64,000 bases of DNA, from IMG/VR virus record IMGVR_UViG_3300030406_003049, positions 30,948 through 94,947 of that record; one strand, 5' to 3'. The notes under the pieces were generated by a model. That model was given only the letters and a program-made list of their open reading frames with translations, did no database searches and was not told where the DNA came from. Origin of the DNA: a virus. The translations under genes and the position numbers were made by a program. This document shows positions 47,394 to 57,450 of the stretch, one piece after another. Numbering within the stretch: the first letter of the stretch is position 1; every line of letters begins with the position of its first letter.

Positions 47394-47629
47394 GTATGCC
47401 TTATGAATTAAGAGTTGGTAAAGACGGCTATTATGTAGTTAATACTGACACTAAGAAAAGAAAAAATAAACACGGCATGTCAAAGTCAAAAGCAAAAAAA
47501 TACATGGCCGCTTTATACGCTAATAAAAATCCCAAGCAATACGACACTAAGCCTAAAAGAAAGAAAAGTATAACTGGCGGTTGGCGTGGAGTTTTACGAA
47601 AACATTTGCGAAGATTCTATAATAGATAG
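47387..47629 (+). CDS. Small basic protein
   Basis: 80 aa; C-terminal GGWRGVLRK. Confidence 0.55.
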   Translation: MVSMPYELRVGKDGYYVVNTDTKKRKNKHGMSKSKAKKYMAALYANKNPKQYDTKPKRKKSITGGWRGVLRKHLRRFYNR

Positions 47630-47659
47630 AATAGTCCAAAGTAAACGGGGGTAGTTGTT

Positions 47660-49306
47660 ATGACAGAAAAACGAAGACGGTTCTCTTTCACAAATCTTTT
47701 TAGGCGCACTACACCAAAACCTGCTGATAGGAATATCTACAACATGGGTATTCAAGAAAGGCAAAACAATTACATGATGACTGCCCCCATCATCTACTCT
47801 ATGGTTCAACAATCAGTAATTGTTAGAACTTGTATAACCCAACTTAAACAAGAAGTTTACAGAAGAGGCTATGTTTGGGAAAAGGCATTTGAAGCCCGTT
47901 GTAATAATTGTGGTAAAGAACATACTAGACCTGTTCAAGAATGTTCTAGGTGTGGTTCTACTGACTTAAGGACTCCCGACATGAAACAACTACAATACGC
48001 TGAAAAGTTCTTAGAGGGATATGTAAATTCTTCCGAGCAACTATTTATTGATGTGTTAAAAGAATTAGAAGACGACTTGAATATCATGGACGACGCTTAT
48101 ATCGTTATGGTAAAAGAATACTTCTTAGACGGTAATGGTAAAATTAGAATGCACCGTATCAAAGAAATATATCGTGGCGACCCAGTGACAATGTTCATTT
48201 ATGCTGATGAAGACGGAGTAAAAGGAAATAAAGGATTTACTTGTGTTCATCATAGAGATGTTGTTTCAACAGAACCACACGATAGTTGCGAAACATGCGG
48301 TTCTCCTCTTATGCCTATACACTATGTAAATAGAGCAAAGGGAGATGAACAGTATTTCTTAGAAGGAGAAGTATTACATTTTAGTAAGTATAGTCCTTCA
48401 AGACTCTATGGTTTTTCTCCTGTAATTACACTTTACAATCATATTATGACTTTAATTGCTATGGAAAATTATGTCAATTCCGCCTATACTAAGAGCAGAA
48501 TGCCTAGAGGATTATTAGCAGTTCAAACTAGAAACATGGATTCAATGAGAGCCTTTTGGAGAGGAGTAAAAGAAAAGATGGAGGCAGACCCTCATTTTAT
48601 TCCTGTAATGGGAATAGAAGCAGAAGGTGGGAAAGGCGCAGTTGAATGGATTAAGTTCATGGATAGCCTAAAAGAAATGGATTATATTTCTGTTAAAGAT
48701 GATTTAAGAGATAGAATATCAGCGTTCTATGGAGTAAGTAAAGTCTTCATGGCTGATAATACTACAAGTGGTGGATTGAATAATGAAGGTATGCAAATTC
48801 TTGTTACCAATAGAGCCGTTCAAATGGCTCAAAATGTTTACAATGAATATGTATTTCCTTATCTTGTAAAGCAATTTGGTATTACAGATTGGAAACTAAA
48901 GTTGCCTCCAAGTGAAGAAGAAGATGAGATTGCAGGATTAAGAAAGAAAGAGATTGAAGTTAATATAGCGGCATCAATAAAAAACTTAGGTTTTGAAGTT
49001 GATATGGACGAAGACGGTAATTTCACATATAAAAAACCCGAACCACAACCGGAACAAAAACCGGAGGGAGAAGAAGATAAGCCACTTGAAAAAGACCCAC
49101 TAGCAGGTTCTAATTTAGACCAAAGGGACTTAGATGAACAAACAAGAATGTTTGCAGAAGGTGGCGGTAGTAAACCACAAGAGAATCCACCCGCTACTAG
49201 AAATAAACCTTCTATGAGTAGAGGGCCGGATAAAAGATTAAGCGGATTGCCGGAAGACGCAGGAAATCAAAATGTAGATAGAAGAAGTGAAAGGAGGACA
49301 GGTTAA
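47660..49306 (+). CDS. Portal protein with Zn-ribbon insertions
   Basis: EVLHF....S..YGFSP, MPRGLL, ISAFYGVS; between terL and protease; CxxC pairs inserted. Confidence 0.85.
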   Translation: MTEKRRRFSFTNLFRRTTPKPADRNIYNMGIQERQNNYMMTAPIIYSMVQQSVIVRTCITQLKQEVYRRGYVWEKAFEARCNNCGKEHTRPVQECSRCGSTDLRTPDMKQLQYAEKFLEGYVNSSEQLFIDVLKELEDDLNIMDDAYIVMVKEYFLDGNGKIRMHRIKEIYRGDPVTMFIYADEDGVKGNKGFTCVHHRDVVSTEPHDSCETCGSPLMPIHYVNRAKGDEQYFLEGEVLHFSKYSPSRLYGFSPVITLYNHIMTLIAMENYVNSAYTKSRMPRGLLAVQTRNMDSMRAFWRGVKEKMEADPHFIPVMGIEAEGGKGAVEWIKFMDSLKEMDYISVKDDLRDRISAFYGVSKVFMADNTTSGGLNNEGMQILVTNRAVQMAQNVYNEYVFPYLVKQFGITDWKLKLPPSEEEDEIAGLRKKEIEVNIAASIKNLGFEVDMDEDGNFTYKKPEPQPEQKPEGEEDKPLEKDPLAGSNLDQRDLDEQTRMFAEGGGSKPQENPPATRNKPSMSRGPDKRLSGLPEDAGNQNVDRRSERRTG

Positions 49307-49533
49307 TGACAGAAGATAATAGACAGAAAGAGATTAGACTAAAGAAAGAATTAGCGAGAGTTAGGACACAGAATGCAAATGAAACTAGAAAGACCACAAA
49401 GAATCGTGATTTTTCTATTGGTGGATTACCACCGGACACAACTCATAAGGCTATAAGAGCATCTAATGATGTTCCCGATGTTATCTTACCCCCACAAAAA
49501 AGGAGAGGTAAGAAAGAGAATATTCCGTTTTGA
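49306..49533 (+). CDS. Hypothetical protein
   Basis: 75-aa coupled ORF. Confidence 0.55.
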   Translation: MTEDNRQKEIRLKKELARVRTQNANETRKTTKNRDFSIGGLPPDTTHKAIRASNDVPDVILPPQKRRGKKENIPF

Positions 49534-49542
49534 GGCGATACT

Positions 49543-52500
49543 ATGTTTATGAAGGCTATCTTATACAATAAAGAAGACGACCTTCATTTTTTGTTGAAGT
49601 GCTTAGTTGAAAAAATAGAAGATGATTTATTATTAAAGCAAGAAGATGATGATAATTTCCTTGAACCTGAATCAAGAGCAGATGATAAATTAGAAGATTC
49701 TATTTTTGCTGAAACTAGTCTTCAAGACATGGTAGAAGAAGACGCTATCAAAGATTCGGACTTTGGAGATATTAAAGAAGGCAAAAGCGATGATAAAGTA
49801 AAGGCCAAAGTAATGAATAAACTTTCTACAGGATTTTACGCTGATGTTAAACGAGCAATAGAAGCCGAACAAAAGAAAAGTCCCACGCCACTAACTAGAC
49901 AACAAAAAGAAAAAATTACTTTTGATTTAAGAGAAAAAGCCTACGAGAAATTTATTAGTGAAGGTAAACCACTTGAAATCAAACTAAAAAATACTAGTTA
50001 TAAGTGGACAGTTGATGAAATAAAAGATACATGGAAAGAGTTTACTGCTGATAGAGATAGGGAATTAAGAAGACAACAATATGTAAAAGACAAGGCTGAA
50101 TTAAAAAACGCTAAAAGGTTTTTAGATAGTTTTGATGATGATGCTAAGTTATTAGATAGAGCAAGAGAATATGCACAAAAGACTAAAATGGATTTACTCT
50201 CAAGTATGTTAGTTAGTGAAAGAATTGGTAATGTATATGATGTTATTGATGAAAGCGATGAAAATATAGAATTATTTAATTATTACAAGAAAAAATTGGG
50301 TGATGCGGCATTTAGATTCAACGCAGGTAATGTGGCTTTGCTTAGAGAAGAAAGAAGGGGAATGTATAGGAAACACCCTAAAGGAACACCCGCAAGAAAG
50401 ACAATTGATGAATATTTTACAAAAAGAACAGAATTAACTAATAAAATAACTGCCTTAAATCGTGAATCACTTGACCTTTTTGGTAAGTTCAAAAAAGACC
50501 CAAAAAAACTTGAAGAAGAAGCCGAGAAATTAGATAACAAAATAAAAGAGGCAACAGAAAAAGTAAAAGAATTAGATAAAAATATAGATAAAAACCTACC
50601 TAAAGATGAAAAAGGAAAACCTATGTGGGCGGCTGAATATAAATTAACAGATGAAGAAAAGAAAGAGTATCAAGATAGAATAAAAGAACTGGAAACTAAA
50701 ACAAAAGAAGATGAAAAGTTCCTCAAAGAAATTCAAAGAGATAGTGTAAAAGTTAGCCCTATACAAGTCATGCAAGCGGATAAAGACCTTGCAGGTGTGG
50801 CTAAAAAATTAAAGCAACTATTAGAAAATCAAGCAGTAAAAGACTATCTAAAAGGCAAGAAAAACCCATTAGAAGGTAAGGAATTAACGGCCTATATGAA
50901 AGGGTCTTATAGTGATGCTAAATTAAGAGCATTTTTAGAAACTGATGCTAAGTCTAAAGGAATAAGAGATAAAGCAAGAGGAAAAAGAATACCTTTGGGT
51001 GATGGTGCAGGAGTAAAGAAAGAAGCGTATAGAAGAATATACAATTACATTCAATTTCTTACAGAACAAGTAAAAGAAAAGAGTAAGAAAGGAACTGTTA
51101 AAAGAGCAGTTAAAAGAATACAAGATTCACTAGAAGAACACAATGATAAGTTGTTTAGAGATTTAGATTCTCAACAAAGAAAAAGATTTGGTTCGGCTAG
51201 TAAATATACAAGAGCCGCTTATTCAACTTTGGCTAGGTCATTAAAGAACATGAAAGAGATTTCGGATAGGCAAGATACTAGCGATAACAAAAGAATGCTA
51301 CAAGCAAAGAAAGTCCTAGAGAATGAAAAATATGGTATGACATTAATGAGAGATTTGATGAATATTGCTTTGGGTCAAAAACTAGAGAAACCTCCTAAGA
51401 AACAAAGAAAGGACTCAAAAGGGCGTAGCCAACAAAGTGCAATTACTAGAAAAATAAAGGCACTAAGACAAAAAATATCGGAAAGCGATGAAGAGTTCAA
51501 AACCATAGAAGAAAAATTAAAAGAAGGTAAGCGTCTAACCGATGAAGAAACAACTAAGTATTTAGATTTTAAAAAGGATAGAGAAGACTTACCGAATAAA
51601 ATAAAAGAACTTACTACTAAACTTAGAGGAAAAATTAGTGATTCTACTAAAGATGGAGGGTTTGCCGAAGGAACTCCTGCTAGTCTTAGGGAACAACAAA
51701 AAGAAAGACAAAGTAAAAGAGGCATGACTCCAAAAAGAAAACCCTCTAAAAGAACTCCATATGAAGAGTTCCGTAGCAAAGTTCTATATGGTGCTATGAG
51801 CGCAAAAAGAAGTGCAGTAAAAGAAAACCCTAAGTTTGTTGAAAGGTATTTGAAAGAAAACCCCGATGATAAAGAATACATAGGGGAATTGAAAAAAGCC
51901 GAAGATGTAGGAGAAAAAACTGGACTCAACGCATTTAGATTCTTTGATGTTAATATGGTTGGTAAGACATATGTCTTGGAAGAAAGAGAATCGGCCTTAG
52001 ATACAAAAGACCCTAATTACGCAGACATAGAAAAGTTTGCTAATCAAATTAAAGATATTTTATCCGATAAAAAAATAATGTCGGCAATAGAAAAAACATA
52101 TTCTAAATTAACAGGAGGAACTGTTTTTGGACAAGATAAAAGAAGTGCTGAAAAGAGAAAGCAGATTTCAACCGCATTAGAATCATTGAAGCCATTGATA
52201 AGTGAAAGAAGAAAATTGAAGAAATTACTTAGACCTATACCGGATTTTTTGGTAAAAGAAATGATTGAAGATAAAGAAACACTTTCTACAAACTTCATGC
52301 AATTTTTGAGGGCTTTTGAGAAAATAAAAATAGTTGATGTTTCTAATATATTAGTTAATAATAATAAATTAGTATCGGACAAAAATAAAGTGAAAGGCAT
52401 AGGAGGAAGCCCTTACTATAATATATTCAACACCCCTATATTATTCCCAATACCCATTAAAGATATAACTAAAGAGATAGGCTACGATAAAGACTTGGAA

Positions 52501-53613
52501 GCAAAACTAATAAGAGAAACAAGAGATAAAATTAGCGAAGACCCAGATTCATTTTTAAGGGATTATTGGAATATTGTTATTGAAAAGATAAAATATGATA
52601 TGGACGAATTAGGTAATATATATGGGTCGGACGAAGGAAGAAAGGAGGCTTACATTGAACAGGCGAAAAAGAATGCGCCTTACAACCTCTTGACAGATAT
52701 ACAAGAAGAATTTTCAAGAATACATAATCCTAGCAACAAAAAGAAAAAAGCATTTGATGAGTTTTTCTTGGCTTTAGATAAAAAACAAGATGGTAAGGCA
52801 TTCTTTAAAGAAATTGAAGATTTAATAAAATCAATAGTTAAACTACAAAAAGCATATCTAACAAAAGAAGCCAAAACAAGCGAGCCTACCGATTTGAATA
52901 AAACAGCAAGAGAATATGCTATTGAAGCAATCCGTAGAATGGATAATGCAATTGATGATAGAACTATTGACCCCGATTCAACAAGAGATGATTTAGAAAG
53001 TGTGAAAACTTTTAAGCAAAAAACATTTAGATTTACTTCCCCTATTCCTATTTCAGTTGATAACGGAAAAGCAATTATTATGGGAGCATTACAACCGATA
53101 GCGAATCAAAAAATGGTTAGTAGTGTAGAGGGAATATTTGAAACAGACATAGATGATAGCATTTTAATTGAAGCCCTTGAAAAACAATTCTTGAATTATT
53201 TTAATCAAAACAAAGAAAAAATAGAGGAAATTGTTGGAGAAGAAAAAGAAATATATGATTTTCAAACTGCTATGTTAGAACAAATAAGAGATGATTTTGA
53301 AGATTTGATAAAAACTTTCAAGAGCAAAAAGACTGTAATTGATATGAGCAAAGTGGACTTTGATATTAACGATACCAACTTAAGAAAAATATTAACTGAT
53401 GCTCAATTTGGTGAAGACCTAGCAAAAATACTTGAGACAGATTTCACCGATGTTTACGATTCTTATGTTAAAAGATTGAATAAAGTAAAAACAATACATG
53501 TAAAAAATACTGAAAAGGCAAAAGAAATATCAAAGGATTTAATTCAAACCATTGGAACTTTAGAAGAAGATAACCCAACATACAAAACAAAAGAAGGAGA
53601 GGAAGAAGAATGA
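49543..53613 (+). CDS. Very large coiled-coil protein (possible internal/ejection protein)
   Basis: 1356 aa, K/E/D-rich, in head module. Confidence 0.65.
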   Translation: MFMKAILYNKEDDLHFLLKCLVEKIEDDLLLKQEDDDNFLEPESRADDKLEDSIFAETSLQDMVEEDAIKDSDFGDIKEGKSDDKVKAKVMNKLSTGFYADVKRAIEAEQKKSPTPLTRQQKEKITFDLREKAYEKFISEGKPLEIKLKNTSYKWTVDEIKDTWKEFTADRDRELRRQQYVKDKAELKNAKRFLDSFDDDAKLLDRAREYAQKTKMDLLSSMLVSERIGNVYDVIDESDENIELFNYYKKKLGDAAFRFNAGNVALLREERRGMYRKHPKGTPARKTIDEYFTKRTELTNKITALNRESLDLFGKFKKDPKKLEEEAEKLDNKIKEATEKVKELDKNIDKNLPKDEKGKPMWAAEYKLTDEEKKEYQDRIKELETKTKEDEKFLKEIQRDSVKVSPIQVMQADKDLAGVAKKLKQLLENQAVKDYLKGKKNPLEGKELTAYMKGSYSDAKLRAFLETDAKSKGIRDKARGKRIPLGDGAGVKKEAYRRIYNYIQFLTEQVKEKSKKGTVKRAVKRIQDSLEEHNDKLFRDLDSQQRKRFGSASKYTRAAYSTLARSLKNMKEISDRQDTSDNKRMLQAKKVLENEKYGMTLMRDLMNIALGQKLEKPPKKQRKDSKGRSQQSAITRKIKALRQKISESDEEFKTIEEKLKEGKRLTDEETTKYLDFKKDREDLPNKIKELTTKLRGKISDSTKDGGFAEGTPASLREQQKERQSKRGMTPKRKPSKRTPYEEFRSKVLYGAMSAKRSAVKENPKFVERYLKENPDDKEYIGELKKAEDVGEKTGLNAFRFFDVNMVGKTYVLEERESALDTKDPNYADIEKFANQIKDILSDKKIMSAIEKTYSKLTGGTVFGQDKRSAEKRKQISTALESLKPLISERRKLKKLLRPIPDFLVKEMIEDKETLSTNFMQFLRAFEKIKIVDVSNILVNNNKLVSDKNKVKGIGGSPYYNIFNTPILFPIPIKDITKEIGYDKDLEAKLIRETRDKISEDPDSFLRDYWNIVIEKIKYDMDELGNIYGSDEGRKEAYIEQAKKNAPYNLLTDIQEEFSRIHNPSNKKKKAFDEFFLALDKKQDGKAFFKEIEDLIKSIVKLQKAYLTKEAKTSEPTDLNKTAREYAIEAIRRMDNAIDDRTIDPDSTRDDLESVKTFKQKTFRFTSPIPISVDNGKAIIMGALQPIANQKMVSSVEGIFETDIDDSILIEALEKQFLNYFNQNKEKIEEIVGEEKEIYDFQTAMLEQIRDDFEDLIKTFKSKKTVIDMSKVDFDINDTNLRKILTDAQFGEDLAKILETDFTDVYDSYVKRLNKVKTIHVKNTEKAKEISKDLIQTIGTLEEDNPTYKTKEGEEEE

Positions 53614-53969
53614 CATGGGATTACTACGAGGAAGGTAAAGAATTTACCATAAAGAAAGAAGAAAAAGTAAAGAAGAATATCTTAGACACATTGGATAAGA
53701 AACAAACTAAGCGTCTAAAGAAAGTATTACAAGCGGCACAACCAACTGAATTTTTTGGACAAGATTTTACAAAACTAGGTGAATTAGTATCGGCATTAAA
53801 AGATGTTGAATTAGTTAAATCCGATAAGAAACTTACAAAGAAGATGAAGTCTATGGAAGAACGGAATGTAGATATAGTCGCTTCGGCTACGGAACTCCGT
53901 AAGGACTATGAGTTGCTTTACAGACAATTAAGAGATTTAGTATATCCACCAAAGGAGGAAAAGAGATGA
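53610..53969 (+). CDS. Hypothetical head-module protein
   Basis: 119-aa coupled ORF. Confidence 0.6.
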   Translation: MTWDYYEEGKEFTIKKEEKVKKNILDTLDKKQTKRLKKVLQAAQPTEFFGQDFTKLGELVSALKDVELVKSDKKLTKKMKSMEERNVDIVASATELRKDYELLYRQLRDLVYPPKEEKR

Positions 53970-54214
53970 GCGAAGAAAATACAATTAATGAAGAACTACT
54001 TGAGATTATTAAAGCCCTTAGTGCTAAGATAGAAAGTTTAGAGAAAGCAGTTTACAATGACGATAATCTACTAATGAAGTCCGGTTTTGTTGTTGTAGAT
54101 AGTCCAACTCCCAAAATGAATCATGGAACTATCGGTGGTTCACCATTGAAAGATGTTGGAAATATGGATTGGAAAGATATTCATAAGATGGTAGAAAATG
54201 TAGGTGGACAATAA
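53966..54214 (+). CDS. Small scaffold-like protein
   Basis: Coiled coil; C-terminal MDWKDIHKMV nearly identical to the scaffold C-terminus MDWSDIHKMV. Confidence 0.6.
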   Translation: MSEENTINEELLEIIKALSAKIESLEKAVYNDDNLLMKSGFVVVDSPTPKMNHGTIGGSPLKDVGNMDWKDIHKMVENVGGQ

Positions 54215-54579
54215 TGGCTGAAAATTGGAAGGAAATATTGAAGGCGGCTATGCCGATAGGACAAATGCAAAGAGATACAGAAAGTAATTTAAGTAATATC
54301 GTAAATAAATTAATTGAAGAGACTAAATACACTGATAGGCTCAATAAAAAATTAGGAAAGGCAGTTAGAGCAAATCCCGATAAAGAAATCTATGTTGTTC
54401 CTTCTCCTATTTTTAATAGGATTTCTCAAAAGTTTAGGTTTAGAGGACAACCCGAAAAGATAGTAGATATGCTAGAACAAAAATTAGCCCAAGAATATCA
54501 AGCAGAAAAGGTAGTAATCTTTCCTAAAGAAATAAGATTTGAGGGAATAAAACAACCTCCCGAAGAAGATACAATATAA
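54214..54579 (+). CDS. WxxILK-tagged protein
   Basis: MAENWKEILKA. Confidence 0.6.
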   Translation: MAENWKEILKAAMPIGQMQRDTESNLSNIVNKLIEETKYTDRLNKKLGKAVRANPDKEIYVVPSPIFNRISQKFRFRGQPEKIVDMLEQKLAQEYQAEKVVIFPKEIRFEGIKQPPEEDTI

Positions 54580-54593
54580 AGAGAGTTGATATA

Positions 54594-54836
54594 ATGCCGG
54601 AAAGAGTAAGTAAAGAAGAAAGAATAGTTAGCCTTGCTATTGAAAAAGCAAGAAAGGCTAAAGAAGAATTAAGCGCAAAGAAAAGAAAGAACATTGAGCC
54701 AACTCAACTATTGGAAATAGATACTGACCCCGAAGTTGAAAAGATTAAGAGGCCAAAGGTGCAAGATGCTTCTAAGATTACTAATCAAACTCAAAAGAAA
54801 GAAGGGTATGGTTTAGCCGGTGAAACTAACAAGTGA
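54594..54836 (+). CDS. Hypothetical protein
   Basis: 80-aa ORF. Confidence 0.55.
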   Translation: MPERVSKEERIVSLAIEKARKAKEELSAKKRKNIEPTQLLEIDTDPEVEKIKRPKVQDASKITNQTQKKEGYGLAGETNK

Positions 54837-54842
54837 TGTAAT

Positions 54843-57392
54843 ATGCCTCTCCTTATTGAGAAGGATAAGTCAATATCCACAGATATTCTAAGACTCTTTG
54901 AAAGAACGAGAGTCGCTTATCTTTCAGCAAGAACCGACCCAAAAGAATACGGTTCTAAATGGAGAAACGCAGTAAATAAAATCAAAGAAGCATATGAAAT
55001 GACCGACGCTCTTTCAAATGAACTTAAGGATTATATTGATGAAGACTTATTAGAATCAAATGATGTTTCCGATGTTAGCACCAACAATGCTGAAAAGTTA
55101 TATGAAGGAATCAAAGCACTAAGATATTCTTCCGATGAAGTTAGCGACCCTTTCGCTAAAAAGTTCAAAGGTAATGTGTTAGAAGCATTATTAGAATCAC
55201 CCGAACTTATGATTAAGTTTGTTCACTACGCTATTAGAGAAGATGATAAGGCACTACCAAAGGAAGCGTATTCAATCAAAGATATGAAGCCCGATGATAT
55301 TACAGACGGTTTAACAGGATTAGATTTAGAAGTTGATGATGTTGCACTTTACATCATAGAACATTATGGTGATGGTAAAGATTCTAAAAAAGTAGAAACA
55401 AAAGTAAAAGCCGCTATGAATATGTTAGAATTAATATTCTTATCTAAAAATACTAAACAAGATTGGGCGGAACTAGAGGACATAGATACTGAATTAGATG
55501 AAGCGAAGGCTAAAGATGATAAAGACGAGGATAAAAAAACTATTCTCAAAGAAAAGAAGTCCAATGAAGAAAAAGCCCAAAGTGATTTTATTATTCCTAA
55601 CAAACCAATGTATAGAATATTCACAATAGAAGACATGAATGAGTTGAAAGGTTTTACAGGTGAATTTTATGTTCAAGAAAAATACGATGGTTTTAGAATA
55701 CAACTTCATAAGATAGATAAGAACATAAAAATCTATGACTATACAGGTAAAGACATTACATCAAAGTGTAAAGAAGCAGTTGAAGAACTAAAGAAAAAAC
55801 ATTTCGGTGATTGTATATTAGATGCTTCTTTGGTTTTATTTGATGGTGAAGATTCACTAAAAAGAAAAGAAGCCGTAGAATATTTAGAAGGTAAAAGAGA
55901 AGGAACACCTAGAATACATGTCTTTGATATTATGAGACACAATGAAGAAAACCTAATGGAAGATACTTTACAGAACAGAATGCAAATAATGTTCAACAAC
56001 TATTCTATTCATTCTACCGAAGCACTAACATTCCCATCTAAAAAAGATACAAGAGTAGCGGATAATCTAAAAGATGTTGAAGAATATTCTAAGAAGATTA
56101 TGGAGATGCCTACTGCCGAAGGAGTTATGATAAAAGATGCGACTTCAACATACTTCTTAGGAACTAAGAAAAATCCAAAGTGGATTAGATGGAAGCCTGT
56201 AGTAGAATTAGATTTGATTGTTCTTGATAAAAAACAAAGTGGTTCTAACTATTCTTACAAGTTAGGAGCAGGGCCAGTTGAAGAAGGAGATGAAAAAATA
56301 GAAGGTGTGAATTACCTTAATGTTGGTAGTGCAACTAATACTAAAGTTTCAGCCGATGTTGGAAACATAGTTAGAGTTTCAATAGATAAGGTCAAAGAAG
56401 TCAAAGGAAAACCTATGGTTTATTCAGCAAAGATAAATGAAATTGCTGAATCTATTACACCCGATAAATTAGTGACATTACAAATGCTAGTAAAAGATAC
56501 TGATAAATCACTAAATTATACAGTAGAAGAAGTAGAAAAAGGAATTGTAATTACAGACCATATTCACGGTGAAGCCAATATAATTATCAAAGGAGACATG
56601 GAAGGTTTTACTATCTATGGTTTTGAAAGAGATAATTTAATGGCTAAAAATGCAATTATGGATTTAGACTTATGGAAAAATCAAGCAGAAGAAATAATGA
56701 AAACAAAACAATCTAAACTTACAGTTGCTATATTTAATTACTTGAAAGAAAAAGGAGCAAAAACTCCTAAAGAAGTTCACAACTTTTTGGTAAAGAATCA
56801 TAAAGATAACTACCAAGATATATTAGAAAGCAAAGAAAGCAAAGTAAAAGATTGGTTTGAAAATAGAGATGGTATATCTTTTGATGCTAAAACAAAGAAA
56901 CTATTTGCTGAAAATGATAAAATAATGTTAGATTCAATTAAAAAAGAATATAAAACACCCGAAGAATATAGACAAGGGCAATATAAATTATATCTTAGAG
57001 ATGATGATAATTTAAATTTAGTGATGAAATTGGGTGATGAAAGCATTAATTGGTTAATACGATTAGATTCACAAGATGATATTTTTGAATTGTTTGGTAA
57101 AGCAGGTAAGTTCCCTGCTATCGTTGCTAAGAATATTTCAAAAAGAAAACTGTTAGATAGTGGAGATGTTAAATTAGGAGTTCAAAGAGAAGGCTACCAT
57201 GAATATTTCTTAGATGGTAATAAATTTGAAACTAAACTCCATGTTAGAATGCTTGAAGTTAAAGGAAAAAGAATGTGGTTAGCATGGACAGGCTATGAAC
57301 AGAAACCTGCTGATACTGATACAGATAGAGGCTTATGGAACATTTATGAAGATAAGTTTAGCAGTCTTAAATTACCTCCAAAAGAGGACTAA
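54843..57392 (+). CDS. Multidomain protein with ATP-dependent ligase core (second ligase, in head module)
   Basis: VQEKYDGFRIQLHK, CILDASL, VFDIM, EGVMIKD, KWIRWK; long N- and C-terminal extensions. Confidence 0.8.
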   Translation: MPLLIEKDKSISTDILRLFERTRVAYLSARTDPKEYGSKWRNAVNKIKEAYEMTDALSNELKDYIDEDLLESNDVSDVSTNNAEKLYEGIKALRYSSDEVSDPFAKKFKGNVLEALLESPELMIKFVHYAIREDDKALPKEAYSIKDMKPDDITDGLTGLDLEVDDVALYIIEHYGDGKDSKKVETKVKAAMNMLELIFLSKNTKQDWAELEDIDTELDEAKAKDDKDEDKKTILKEKKSNEEKAQSDFIIPNKPMYRIFTIEDMNELKGFTGEFYVQEKYDGFRIQLHKIDKNIKIYDYTGKDITSKCKEAVEELKKKHFGDCILDASLVLFDGEDSLKRKEAVEYLEGKREGTPRIHVFDIMRHNEENLMEDTLQNRMQIMFNNYSIHSTEALTFPSKKDTRVADNLKDVEEYSKKIMEMPTAEGVMIKDATSTYFLGTKKNPKWIRWKPVVELDLIVLDKKQSGSNYSYKLGAGPVEEGDEKIEGVNYLNVGSATNTKVSADVGNIVRVSIDKVKEVKGKPMVYSAKINEIAESITPDKLVTLQMLVKDTDKSLNYTVEEVEKGIVITDHIHGEANIIIKGDMEGFTIYGFERDNLMAKNAIMDLDLWKNQAEEIMKTKQSKLTVAIFNYLKEKGAKTPKEVHNFLVKNHKDNYQDILESKESKVKDWFENRDGISFDAKTKKLFAENDKIMLDSIKKEYKTPEEYRQGQYKLYLRDDDNLNLVMKLGDESINWLIRLDSQDDIFELFGKAGKFPAIVAKNISKRKLLDSGDVKLGVQREGYHEYFLDGNKFETKLHVRMLEVKGKRMWLAWTGYEQKPADTDTDRGLWNIYEDKFSSLKLPPKED

Positions 57393-57450
57393 TTGTTTAA
57401 AATAACCGTGTGTATTATATATTAGAAGTAAATTTTTTCCATATGAGCAA

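Noticed and set aside
49543-53613. Tape-measure protein or virion RNA polymerase
   Set aside because: Highly charged with no Ala/Gly-rich TMP repeats, located within the head module, and no recognisable polymerase catalytic motif.
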